Source of the DNA: Erysipelotrichaceae bacterium OH741_COT-311
GTDB lineage: Bacteria > Bacillota_I > Bacilli_A > Erysipelotrichales > Erysipelotrichaceae
Length of the DNA: 32,000 nucleotides
Reading direction: 5' to 3'
Assembly (NCBI GenBank): GCA_003858585.1
Contig: RQZE01000004.1
Location: forward strand, 120,001-152,000
A program made the translations under genes and the position numbers. A model generated the notes under the pieces. The model was given only the letters and a program-made list of their open reading frames with translations, made no database searches and had not been told where the DNA came from. Positions 9,867 through 18,653 of the stretch are shown piece by piece (the first letter of the stretch is position 1; every line of letters begins with the position of its first letter).

Positions 9867-9928
9867 TTGACACCTCATAGGACATTATAACATATTTTAT
9901 TAATAATAACGTATATTATAAACGAATT

Positions 9929-9957
9929 TAAAAAATAAAAGAGCATATTGCTCTTTT
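9929..9957 (-). terminator. Rho-independent terminator after rnpB
   Basis: The minus strand reads AAAAGAGCA-ATA-TGCTCTTTT followed by ATTTTTT. Confidence 0.8.
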
Positions 9958-9961
9958 ATGA

Positions 9962-10312
9962 AATAACACTTTATAAGCCATGTTCTGTACCACGAAGGTG
10001 GCAATCATTTATCTACACATTGCTGTGTCCTAAACTATTTTCATTTCAATATTTTAAGTTCCCCTACCAAATTTGGGTTTCTCGCTTGTGGGGTTTATCA
10101 CGTTCCACATCACCAGTTTCCTAGTTAATCGTCTCTTTGACACTTTTATAGCAGTTTTTCATAGTTATAAAACCTTAGAATCACTTGCAGCCATCAGGTT
10201 ACCCTGTCTAACCTTATTTTTTAAGTTAGCACAAACACTATAATCATCTCAGATTATGCGAGCATGGACTTTCCTCTAATAGATTACTATCAGCGATTGC
10301 CTAAGTGTTATT
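9962..10312 (-). ncRNA. rnpB: RNase P RNA, bacterial type B
   Basis: The minus strand contains the universally conserved GAGGAAAGTCCATGCTCGCA. It also has AAGCGAGAAACCCAAATTTGGTAGGGGAAC, nearly identical to the B. subtilis type-B region, and ACAGAACATGGCTTA near the 3' end. The P1 helix forms between AATAACACTT (10312-10303) and AAGTGTTATT (9971-9962). The ends are estimated from P1 only. Confidence 0.92.
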
Positions 10313-10646
10313 TTTTTAATTCTTTTATTTCCTGTTCTAGACGTGAAACACGTTTAATTAAATCAACAGAACTAAAGTTATTACTTGCAGTGGCATATAA
10401 ATCTTGCATCTTCTGTTTGCCTTCCATTTCAATAATGCGGGCTTTTAAATTTGCTTTTTCACTTTCTAACAGTGTAATTTTTTGCTCATACTCTGAAAGC
10501 ATCTCTTTAAACACTTGATAGTCTTGTAAGACAAGGTCTAAAAATCCATCTACTTCACTTGCACTGTAACCTTTAAATTCAATATTAAACTCTTTATCTA
10601 ATATGATTTGTTCATTTAAATTCAACTTATTCATTACCTTCACCAT
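10308..10646 (-). CDS. gpsB: Cell-cycle protein GpsB (DivIVA-domain protein)
   Basis: A 112-aa protein with the DivIVA N-terminal motif (FKGYSASEVDGFLDLV) and a C-terminal coiled coil. It lies divergent from recU-ponA and upstream of rnpB, as in B. subtilis. The start may be the internal ATG at 10634 (MNKLNL) instead of 10646. Confidence 0.8.
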   Translation of the reverse strand: MVKVMNKLNLNEQIILDKEFNIEFKGYSASEVDGFLDLVLQDYQVFKEMLSEYEQKITLLESEKANLKARIIEMEGKQKMQDLYATASNNFSSVDLIKRVSRLEQEIKELKK

Positions 10647-10749
10647 CCATTGCTATTTTCTCAAATATTTCGTGATTAATCAAGTAGATAATACGGATAT
10701 ATATTTTTATTCAATTAATTATTTGTTATAATAATGAAGGTGATTTTAT

Positions 10750-11340
10750 ATGATTCATTATCCTAAAGGGATTAAGAAAACACAAACAATAAAATTAAAA
10801 GAATCATTTTCAAAACGAGGCATGATTCTTGAGGATGATATTAATATTACCAATCAATATTACTTAGATATGGACATCGCTAATATTCATAAAAAACCGA
10901 CTCCCATTACCATTGTAAATGTTGATTATCCAAATCGTAGTAGTGCTAAAATAACAGAAGCGTATTTCAAAACACCAAGCACTACCGATTACAATGGAAT
11001 CTATCGTGGTAAAGCGATTGATTTTGAATGTAAAGAATGTAATTCTAAAACATCTTTTCCCTTTGCAAGCATCCATATTCATCAAATTGAACATTTAAAA
11101 AGAGTCATCAAACATGGAGGCATTGGATTCATTATCATCCGTTTTAAATATTATCAAGAAGTCTATTTTATTCAAGCTGATAAATTCATTGAACAATACG
11201 ATAACTATCCTAAAAAATCTTTACCATATCAATGGTTTCAAGCCAACGGACATTTAATTCCTTTTAGCTTAACTCCACCCATTGATTATTTAAAAGTGAT
11301 AGATGCTTTATATTTTAAGGAGACAACACATGAAAAATAA
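10750..11340 (+). CDS. recU: Holliday junction resolvase RecU
   Basis: A 196-aa protein with a RecU-type nuclease core (GIYRGKAIDFECKE). A GAAGGTGA RBS is present. It sits upstream of and overlaps ponA, the conserved recU-ponA operon arrangement. Confidence 0.88.
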   Translation: MIHYPKGIKKTQTIKLKESFSKRGMILEDDINITNQYYLDMDIANIHKKPTPITIVNVDYPNRSSAKITEAYFKTPSTTDYNGIYRGKAIDFECKECNSKTSFPFASIHIHQIEHLKRVIKHGGIGFIIIRFKYYQEVYFIQADKFIEQYDNYPKKSLPYQWFQANGHLIPFSLTPPIDYLKVIDALYFKETTHEK

Positions 11341-14173
11341 ACGCAAACTAAACAAAGAAAATTTAATTGCACTGATTATCGCAATTATCTTAGTTATGAT
11401 GCTAATAGTATCAACTATTTCTGTCGGTCTTTTGGCTTCTATGTTAAAAGGAAAACCTAAAGTAACTATAGATAAATTTGAAAGTAATCAATCAACACAA
11501 ATCTTTGATGCCAATGGAGAGTTGATTGGTAGTGTAGGAAATCAAATTCGTACCAACGTTACATACGATAAACTTCCTCAATCCCTAATTGATGCCTTAG
11601 TCTCTATTGAAGACTCACGCTATTTCAGTCACAATGGTTTCGATATTGCACGTTTTACAAAATCAGCCTTAAATAACATTAAATCTATGTCATTTTCACA
11701 AGGTGGATCAACCCTAACGATGCAATTAATTAAAAATACTTACTTCGTGGATGATGAAGCTGGATTATCCGCTCAAAAGAAAATATCTCGAAAGCTACAA
11801 GAAATATTTATGTCTTTTGATGTCAATAAAATTTTAAGCAAAGAGCGTGCGATTGAATTGTATTTAAATAAATTAAATTTTGGTGGTAGTGGTAATATTC
11901 GCGGAATACAAACAGCTGCACAATATTATTTTGGTAAAGATGTTCAGGAATTAACACTTCCTGAAAGTGCAATGCTTGTTGGTATTGTAAACTCACCAAA
12001 ATATTACAATCCATTTCGATATTTAGATTATGCAACAGAACGACGTGATACCGTGTTAAACTTAATGCATCATCACGGTTATATTACAAAAAAAGAACTC
12101 ACTTTAGCAAAAAGTGTAAAAGTAGAAGACTTGCTTGTTAAAGATGGAAATAAATCCTTTGGCAACTTAAATCAATACCAAGCTTATATTGATACCGTTG
12201 TTGAAGAAGCTAAAAATCTAACCGGTTTAGATCCATATTCAACACCCATGAAAATTTATACTTATATGGATCAACCTGTACAAAAAGTAATAGACAATAT
12301 TCAAGCCGGAAATGTAGATGGATACTTCGAATATCCGGATGAGTTGGTTGAAATTGCAGTAGTATCTATGAATAACAGTAACGGACAAATCAATGCAGTT
12401 GGTGGTGGTCGCAACTATGCAAGTGGTGGTAGTTTACTTTTAAATCACGCTACCGATCAATATAAACAGCCTGGATCAAGTGTAAAACCATTCTTATCTT
12501 ATGCTTTAGCCTTTGAGATTTTAGGTTGGAATACAAACCATGTTATAGTCGATCGTCCTTATGTATATCGTGGCACAAGTAAAGTGATAAAAAACTATTC
12601 CGGTCGTTATGCCGGAGATGTCATCTTAAAAGATGCGGTTGGTCAATCTTTAAACATCCCTGCCATTGTAACCTTACAAGAAGTAATTGATAATGTAGGA
12701 AGTAAACATGTAGTTTCTTACTTGCAAAATTTAGGTTTTTCAAAAGTAACACGAGAAAACTTTGACTTAGGGTTCTCTATTGGTGGTTCTAATTTTGAAG
12801 CTAACGCTGTAGAACTTGCCGGAGCTCATGCTACCATGATCAATGCAGGTGACTATATCAAACCTCATACTATTTCTAAAATCGAATTTTTAGATGGTAG
12901 TGAACCAATTGAAGCAAAATATACACCAGTAAATGTTTTATCTAAGGAAGCAGCGTACATTGTAAGTGATTTAATGTACAATAACGTTTATGGTCCTTAT
13001 ACAAATTACATGAGCATTTTACGAAGAGATTATCCTGTTTATGCCAAAACAGGAACAACGGACTGGGGTAATGAAGGTTTAGATTACGGCATTCCTCAAG
13101 GAGCTGCCAAAGACCAATGGCTCATTGCTTCTACAAGTAAATATACCGTATCTGTATGGGTTGGTTATGAAAAAGCCATTAAAGATAAAGATACCTATTT
13201 TACAGTAGCGAAAGAACGCCTAAATACTCGTGGAAAGATTGCTAAACTTGTACTGGATGCTAATGAAATGCATGGTATTCCTGAAGGCATTCATAAGCCG
13301 GATGGAGTTATCCAACTCAAACACATTTTAGGAACTTATCCTTATGCCTCTCCGATTGAAGGTATGGATGAAAAATTTGTTGTAACAAGTTTAATAAAAA
13401 AAGACTTTGCAAATCTTGTAGATCCACAAAGTGCTTCAGTAGAACAATTAAGCAACCTAGATGTTACACTAGATGCTACAGGAAATGTACAAATTAAATT
13501 CCCTGTATATCCAGATGCATCGAAATTAGAAATTGCTCCCGAACATAAAGATATTTCTTTAAATGAAGGAGGTAAATACGTTGAAGCTTACGGAAAACGT
13601 ATCTTTGATTGGACATGGGTTTATGGTCGCATTTTATACAAAGGAAAAATTACAATCAACAATAATGTTGTGCATGAATTCAATTCAGAAAGTGAAACGT
13701 ATAATTCTACAATCGCTCTACAACCCGGACAATTAATCAATGTGTGTGGTTATTATGGTTATGGTAATTTAGAAGTAAACAGCAATCAAGTTTGTCGTGA
13801 ATTTACAATCGAAGATAAAGACATTACCTTTACAGTCCCCAATAACAAAGCCACACGTACTGATATTGAAACATTTGCACAAACGTATGGTATTACAACA
13901 ACCTTCACTGAAGTGATCGATGCAAGTAAAAAAGATAGCAACGAAATTTATAATTCAGGTGTGTTGGTCAATGGACAAACACTCACACTAAAACAATCAG
14001 AATTACCACGTTTAATACTAACCGTCTACATCTATAAAGCACCGGCGTGTGGTGAAAACGCTGAGTTGGTAAATGGTGTCTGTACATGTTTGGTTGGTTA
14101 TGAAGGTGATCCAAAAGTTGGATGTAAACTAAAAACATTACAACCAGATTCATCAACACCAAGCAATCCATAA
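11330..14173 (+). CDS. ponA: Class A penicillin-binding protein (bifunctional glycosyltransferase/transpeptidase, PBP1A-like) with long C-terminal extension
   Basis: GT51 motifs are present (EDSRYFSHNGFD, GGSTLTMQL). Transpeptidase motifs are SSVKP (SxxK), SLN (SxN) and KTGTT. An N-terminal TM anchor is present. The start is moved to ATG 11330 (GGAGA RBS), overlapping the recU stop by 11 nt. About 370 residues follow the KTG motif (see findings). Confidence 0.9.
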   Translation: MKNKRKLNKENLIALIIAIILVMMLIVSTISVGLLASMLKGKPKVTIDKFESNQSTQIFDANGELIGSVGNQIRTNVTYDKLPQSLIDALVSIEDSRYFSHNGFDIARFTKSALNNIKSMSFSQGGSTLTMQLIKNTYFVDDEAGLSAQKKISRKLQEIFMSFDVNKILSKERAIELYLNKLNFGGSGNIRGIQTAAQYYFGKDVQELTLPESAMLVGIVNSPKYYNPFRYLDYATERRDTVLNLMHHHGYITKKELTLAKSVKVEDLLVKDGNKSFGNLNQYQAYIDTVVEEAKNLTGLDPYSTPMKIYTYMDQPVQKVIDNIQAGNVDGYFEYPDELVEIAVVSMNNSNGQINAVGGGRNYASGGSLLLNHATDQYKQPGSSVKPFLSYALAFEILGWNTNHVIVDRPYVYRGTSKVIKNYSGRYAGDVILKDAVGQSLNIPAIVTLQEVIDNVGSKHVVSYLQNLGFSKVTRENFDLGFSIGGSNFEANAVELAGAHATMINAGDYIKPHTISKIEFLDGSEPIEAKYTPVNVLSKEAAYIVSDLMYNNVYGPYTNYMSILRRDYPVYAKTGTTDWGNEGLDYGIPQGAAKDQWLIASTSKYTVSVWVGYEKAIKDKDTYFTVAKERLNTRGKIAKLVLDANEMHGIPEGIHKPDGVIQLKHILGTYPYASPIEGMDEKFVVTSLIKKDFANLVDPQSASVEQLSNLDVTLDATGNVQIKFPVYPDASKLEIAPEHKDISLNEGGKYVEAYGKRIFDWTWVYGRILYKGKITINNNVVHEFNSESETYNSTIALQPGQLINVCGYYGYGNLEVNSNQVCREFTIEDKDITFTVPNNKATRTDIETFAQTYGITTTFTEVIDASKKDSNEIYNSGVLVNGQTLTLKQSELPRLILTVYIYKAPACGENAELVNGVCTCLVGYEGDPKVGCKLKTLQPDSSTPSNP

Positions 14174-14203
14174 AAAAAGTTCTAGAATATTCTAGAACTT
14201 TTT
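14172..14203. terminator. Bidirectional rho-independent terminator after ponA
   Basis: A perfect 22-bp palindrome, AGTTCTAGAAT|ATTCTAGAACT, is flanked by an A-run (5') and a T-run (3'). Confidence 0.8.
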
Positions 14204-14233
14204 ATTTATGTTATAAAAAGATTTGTATGATAA

Positions 14234-14260
14234 CTATAAAAGGTAGCTTAGCTACCCTTT
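14234..14260 (-). terminator. Terminator hairpin after the ABC permease gene
   Basis: The minus strand reads AAAGGGTAGC-TAA-GCTACCTTTTATAG, starting 8 nt after the stop codon at 14268. Confidence 0.6.
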
Positions 14261-14267
14261 ATTATAA

Positions 14268-15704
14268 TTATCGTAAAGATTTCAGCATATCTTTCGTTAA
14301 TAATACTTCTTTATTTTCCCCTGAATCAGTATACTTTTGCCAGTACACCTTATAATCATAATCAATAAATAACGCTAGCATTTTTAACTTATAATCTGAA
14401 TAAGCAGCATAATTAAAAGTATGCAACTCGTTTCCATCACTATCTCGATAAACGACTTTCAATCTACCATTAAAATAAAAATTATCATCGTTATATTTTT
14501 TTAAATCATAATACGTATCTGTTTCTTTTAACATTAATTTTTGTAATTCATTAACTAATTTTCTATCTTTTACGGTCACATCATAATCGTATCTTGATGG
14601 TGTTTTATAAGGATCTTCAATACGTATATATCCATCATTAAAATGGAAATTATAGTTCACAGTAAGATGATCATAATTTTTAGGCATCATATAAGATAAA
14701 TAAAATCCACGTGTACTTTTAATCACAACACCTAAAACATTAACCAATAGAAGCAAACTTAAATAAATCACAATATATTTAGTTCTAAATTTAAGATCAC
14801 GATGATGAATAAAGTTTGCTATAAGATATATGATGAATAAGATTGCTAACCCGAAAATCTTCATTTCATCTCCTAATCCAAATTCATACGTCGCAACCAA
14901 CATAATAGATAAAGTACCGATTGGTATTAAAGTATGATACAACATACGGCTATTGCTTACTTGTCCTGCATCCTCAACATTACGATGTATAAAACTATAT
15001 AAAGCATAGATATATGTTAACCCAATGATGGCAACTTGATAAATAAGATATATATAATCAATATTTGCGAACTCTATTCCTAAAAAATTATAATCAAACG
15101 TATAATTAAATCCACTCATTAAGAAAATTAAGTATTTGGCATACTCTGCAAAATCAAATAACTCTCTAGCATATACATATCTACTTAAGAAAAACATAAA
15201 TGCATAAAATAATATACCACCAATTACAGAATATACACCACTGCATATTAAAGCATCAATCAAACTATTGCTTTTCACTGTAATCAAAATATTAATACTT
15301 AATAAAGCAACTAAACCTACACTGGTGATTAATACAATAAATACTGCCGTTGGTAATAACTCAAAACGTCTTACCATCAACATACCTATCACAACATTTA
15401 ATAGATAAGGTCCAACTAGCTCAATCACACTTAATACATAAGTATGTGTAAACAATTGTTTTCTAGTAAGCGGTAAATTAAAGTATACATCTACACTATT
15501 ACTTTTATACAAAAATTTATAATTTACTACCGGAAGAATGAATACAGCTACAGTAAGCATTACTGTATAAGCATACAGTTGATAAAACGTATAGAACCCA
15601 AAGAGAAAGGAATTAAAAGGGAACACAATAAAACCAATAAACGTTAAAATTAAAAACATTCGTTTATTATTTTGTAATAAATAATTGAAATATCGTTTAT
15701 TCAT
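14268..15704 (-). CDS. Polytopic membrane protein, putative ABC-2-type permease partner with a ~135-aa soluble C-terminal domain
   Basis: In this 478-aa protein, about 340 residues form repeated hydrophobic helices. The C-terminal domain is rich in Tyr, Asp and Lys, and I do not recognise it. Its start overlaps the stop of the upstream ABC ATPase by 8 nt (ATGAATAA). The permease role is inferred from operon context only. Confidence 0.55.
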   Translation of the reverse strand: MNKRYFNYLLQNNKRMFLILTFIGFIVFPFNSFLFGFYTFYQLYAYTVMLTVAVFILPVVNYKFLYKSNSVDVYFNLPLTRKQLFTHTYVLSVIELVGPYLLNVVIGMLMVRRFELLPTAVFIVLITSVGLVALLSINILITVKSNSLIDALICSGVYSVIGGILFYAFMFFLSRYVYARELFDFAEYAKYLIFLMSGFNYTFDYNFLGIEFANIDYIYLIYQVAIIGLTYIYALYSFIHRNVEDAGQVSNSRMLYHTLIPIGTLSIMLVATYEFGLGDEMKIFGLAILFIIYLIANFIHHRDLKFRTKYIVIYLSLLLLVNVLGVVIKSTRGFYLSYMMPKNYDHLTVNYNFHFNDGYIRIEDPYKTPSRYDYDVTVKDRKLVNELQKLMLKETDTYYDLKKYNDDNFYFNGRLKVVYRDSDGNELHTFNYAAYSDYKLKMLALFIDYDYKVYWQKYTDSGENKEVLLTKDMLKSLR

Positions 15705-16572
15705 GTGTGTTCTCCTTTACTTCATAGATAAATAATTCTTCAAAATTGATATTAATAACTTCTAATAAAAGAGGTTGAAATTGTTGGAGATACTCCATAA
15801 CTTTTTCTTCATCTCCTTTAATTACAAAATTATATACTTTACCAATCATTTTCACATCAAGAATTTCTAAATCCAGCTGATTGATATCCATAGTATCTTT
15901 AAACACCACTTGATATTTATTGATCTTACCTTTCGATTCCATAAGATCTCCACTTGTCTTGATATTTCCTCCATCCAATAATCCATAACAATCACAAACA
16001 TCTTCAAGCTCTTTTAAGTTATGAGATGAAATAATAATAATACGTTCTTCATCATAAATAATTTTCCCTAATTCTTTTTTGAATTGAATACGAATTAACG
16101 GATCTAAACCATCAAATGCCTCATCTAAAATTAGAATCTTAAATTGAATACTTAACGCTAAAATTAAGAATACTTGTCGTTTCATCCCTTTTGAAAAAGA
16201 ATTAATACGTTTTTTAGGATCTAAACGAAAGAAAGCAACGTATTTATCAAATAAACCCATATCCAATTGATAAAACTGCCCATAAAAATATTTTAAAGAC
16301 TGAATCGTTGCATTATTAGGATAATACAAATCATCTCCGATAAATAAAATATCTTTTTTGACTCTTGGATTATCATACACTTGAGCATTATCCATTAAAA
16401 TTTGTCCACTATCCAGCTTTAATATGCCGCTAATGCATCTCAACAATGTACTTTTACCTGCTCCATTAATACCCACTAACCCAAACACACTTCCATCTCG
16501 AATGGTTAAATTCAAATCTTGTAAAACGGTTTTATCTTTAAAGCTTTTACTTACATTACGAATCTCAAGCAT
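15697..16572 (-). CDS. ABC transporter ATP-binding protein
   Basis: It has Walker A GINGAGKST, an ABC signature-like FSKGMKRQ, Walker B ILILDEAFDGLD and an H-loop SSHN. A C-terminal extension of about 70 aa follows. It overlaps the GntR gene by 8 nt. Confidence 0.9.
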   Translation of the reverse strand: MLEIRNVSKSFKDKTVLQDLNLTIRDGSVFGLVGINGAGKSTLLRCISGILKLDSGQILMDNAQVYDNPRVKKDILFIGDDLYYPNNATIQSLKYFYGQFYQLDMGLFDKYVAFFRLDPKKRINSFSKGMKRQVFLILALSIQFKILILDEAFDGLDPLIRIQFKKELGKIIYDEERIIIISSHNLKELEDVCDCYGLLDGGNIKTSGDLMESKGKINKYQVVFKDTMDINQLDLEILDVKMIGKVYNFVIKGDEEKVMEYLQQFQPLLLEVININFEELFIYEVKENTHE

Positions 16573-16939
16573 TTAAATCCTCCTTTACGCATGTTTCTAC
16601 AATATCAATCAACACTTCTTTTGACACTTCATTCTTTAGACATTTTTTTGTAATATACTTAAATTCATTCAATGATTCTTCTACAATAAAATCATCTATA
16701 TTATCATTCCTTGACACGAAAACTCCTTTTTTAGCCAACGTATATACAATCCCCTCCTCTTCCAATTCTTCATATGCTTTGGCAACTGTATTAGGATTTA
16801 TTCCTAAATCACTTGCAAGATTTCTGACAGAAGGTAATTTATCATCCGGCTTTAAGATATTTAATGCAATAAATTGAATAATCTGTTTTTTTATTTGTAT
16901 ATAAATCGCATCTTTACTTTGAGGTTTAATTAAAAACAT
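16565..16939 (-). CDS. GntR-family transcriptional regulator, short YtrA-like subfamily
   Basis: A 124-aa protein with a winged HTH (LPSVRNLASDLGINPNTVAKAYEELEEEGIVY) and a short C-terminal helical tail. It is the first gene of a regulator-ATPase-permease operon, as in ytrA-type modules. A GGAGGG RBS is present. Confidence 0.85.
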   Translation of the reverse strand: MFLIKPQSKDAIYIQIKKQIIQFIALNILKPDDKLPSVRNLASDLGINPNTVAKAYEELEEEGIVYTLAKKGVFVSRNDNIDDFIVEESLNEFKYITKKCLKNEVSKEVLIDIVETCVKEDLNA

Positions 16940-16951
16940 AAGCCCTCCTTT

Positions 16952-17007
16952 CTGTATTAACTGTACTATTAATGAACTTATTTGTCAATACTGTATTATC
17001 TGTATTA
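16952..17007 (-). promoter_or_regulatory. Promoter of the GntR operon flanked by four CTGTAYTA boxes (candidate autoregulatory operator)
   Basis: On the minus strand, TTGACA (16988-16983), a 17-nt spacer, then TACAGT (16965-16960). Plus-strand boxes are CTGTATTA at 16952, CTGTACTA at 16961, CTGTATTA at 16991 and CTGTATTA at 17000. They form two tandem pairs with 9-nt spacing. Confidence 0.5.
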
Positions 17008-17028
17008 AAAAAGAGTACCGAAGTACTC
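17007..17028 (-). terminator. Rho-independent terminator after ruvB (UUCG tetraloop)
   Basis: The minus strand reads GAGTAC-TTCG-GTACTC followed by TTTTTT. The stem overlaps the ruvB TGA stop. Confidence 0.75.
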
Positions 17029-18025
17029 AAAATAACTGTTCATTAGATGTAATGTTTAAATGTTGATATGCCTTTGCCGTTGCCACTCGACCACGAGCTG
17101 TACGATTAATAAACCCAATCTTTATTAGATAAGGTTCATAGACATCTTCTAACGTCATGGGCTCTTCACTAATGGAAGTAGCAAGGGCTTCTAATCCTAC
17201 CGGACCACCTTTAAAACGTTCAATAATACCCTTTAAATAACGAATATCCACATCATCTAACCCTAAATTATCTACTTTTAAACGATTTAATGCATTGGTT
17301 GCGATGTTTAAATCAATATAACCGTCATTTAACACTTGTGCAAAGTCACGGACACGTCGAAATAAACGATTGGCAATACGTGGTGTTCCTCTGGAACGTT
17401 TGGCAATTTCTTGAACTGCTTGACTATCCGTTTCTACCTGTAATACTTGACTGGTTCTACGAACAATCTTAGCTAATTCTTCTTCTGTATAATATTCTAA
17501 CTTAGATACAATACCAAAACGATCACGCAAAGGAGCAGATAAATCACCCGCTCTAGTTGTAGCACCAACTAAAGTAAAAGGTGGTAAATCTAGACGAATG
17601 GAACGAACACTGGCATCCTTTCCAACTACAATATCGATAAAAAAATCTTCAATTGCAGGATATAAAACTTCTTCAACCACTTTAGGTATACGATGTATTT
17701 CATCAATAAACAAAACATCTCCAGCTTCAATCGTAGAAAGAATAGCAGCTAAGTCACCACTTTTCTCAATGCTTGGTCCTGAAACGGTTTTAATCTTGCC
17801 TCCCATTTCATTTGCAATAATATACGCTAATGTAGTTTTCCCCAATCCTGGAGGACCATATAAAAGAACATGATCTAAGGTTTCTTTACGATTGAGTGCT
17901 GCTTGAATAAATATTTTTAAATTTTCTTTTAAAGCATCCTGACCAACATACTCATCTAGAGTGCTTGGTCGAAGACTTACTTCATCATCACTATTCATAA
18001 AATCTTCTTGTAATAATCTTTCCAT
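17027..18025 (-). CDS. ruvB: Holliday junction branch migration helicase RuvB
   Basis: An AAA+ protein with Walker [10 protein letters not shown] and Walker B LFIDEIH. The RuvB N- and C-terminal domains are conserved throughout. Confidence 0.97.
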   Translation of the reverse strand: MERLLQEDFMNSDDEVSLRPSTLDEYVGQDALKENLKIFIQAALNRKETLDHVLLYGPPGLGKTTLAYIIANEMGGKIKTVSGPSIEKSGDLAAILSTIEAGDVLFIDEIHRIPKVVEEVLYPAIEDFFIDIVVGKDASVRSIRLDLPPFTLVGATTRAGDLSAPLRDRFGIVSKLEYYTEEELAKIVRRTSQVLQVETDSQAVQEIAKRSRGTPRIANRLFRRVRDFAQVLNDGYIDLNIATNALNRLKVDNLGLDDVDIRYLKGIIERFKGGPVGLEALATSISEEPMTLEDVYEPYLIKIGFINRTARGRVATAKAYQHLNITSNEQLF

Positions 18026-18026
18026 A

Positions 18027-18605
18027 TTAACCTCGTTTCATCAGCATAAATTTTTGTAATGCTAATTTAACATACTGTTCACTTGATAAACCCTCTTCTT
18101 TAGCAACTGACTTCATCACTTGATTAATTTCACTTTGTTTATAACCTAATGCTTTCAAGGCTTCTATTGCATCTTGTAAAGCCGGATTTTTCATTGTTTC
18201 TTCTTTATGATCTTGAACCAATTTTCCCTTTAAATCCAAAATAATTTGTGAAGCTGTTTTATTTCCAATCCCTGGTAATTTCTTAATAGATGCTAAATCA
18301 TTGGTTTCAATAGCAACTATAAAATCTTCTACACTTGTTACTTTTAAAATGTTAAGAGCTGTCTTTGGTCCAAGACCTTTCACCTGTATCAATTTCAAAA
18401 ACAAATCGTGTTCTTGCAATGTTAAAAAACCAAATAAACTAATCTCATCTTCACGAACATGTTGATAGGTAAACAATGTTACAGAAGCATTTAAAACTAA
18501 ACTTTCCGGTTTATTAAAATGAACACGATAACCAATATTATTTACTTCAACAATTACATAATCTATGCCATAAGCATATACAATACCTTTTAAGTAAGCA
18601 ATCAT
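18027..18605 (-). CDS. ruvA: Holliday junction DNA helicase subunit RuvA
   Basis: A 192-aa protein with an OB-fold N-terminus (IAYLKGIV), HhH motifs ([19 protein letters not shown]) and a C-terminal domain III. It lies immediately upstream of ruvB. Confidence 0.95.
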   Translation of the reverse strand: MIAYLKGIVYAYGIDYVIVEVNNIGYRVHFNKPESLVLNASVTLFTYQHVREDEISLFGFLTLQEHDLFLKLIQVKGLGPKTALNILKVTSVEDFIVAIETNDLASIKKLPGIGNKTASQIILDLKGKLVQDHKEETMKNPALQDAIEALKALGYKQSEINQVMKSVAKEEGLSSEQYVKLALQKFMLMKRG

Positions 18606-18628
18606 TTTATCACCTAATATATTTTAAC

Positions 18629-18653
18629 ATAAAAAGGGCTAAACTTAGCCCTT
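18629..18653 (-). terminator. Rho-independent terminator after obg
   Basis: The minus strand reads AAGGGCTA-AGTT-TAGCCCTT followed by TTTAT. The stem overlaps the obg stop codon. Confidence 0.75.

Noticed and set aside
14172-14215. The palindrome AGTTCTAGAATATTCTAGAACT superficially resembles the left arm of the Firmicute dif site (ACTTCCTAGAATATATATTATGTAAACT).
   Set aside because: Only the TCTAGAATAT portion matches. The right XerD-type arm (ATTATGTAAACT) is absent. The perfect dyad flanked by A- and T-runs between convergent genes is fully explained as a bidirectional terminator.
4854-17028. A shared 12-mer, TACTTCGGTACT, preceded by TTTGAG, occurs in two hairpins (4854-4876 and 17013-17028). 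This could indicate a small repeat family.
   Set aside because: There are only two copies. Both are simple GTAC-UUCG-GTAC tetraloop stems, a thermodynamically favoured design that can arise convergently. No flanking similarity suggests a mobile or REP-like element.
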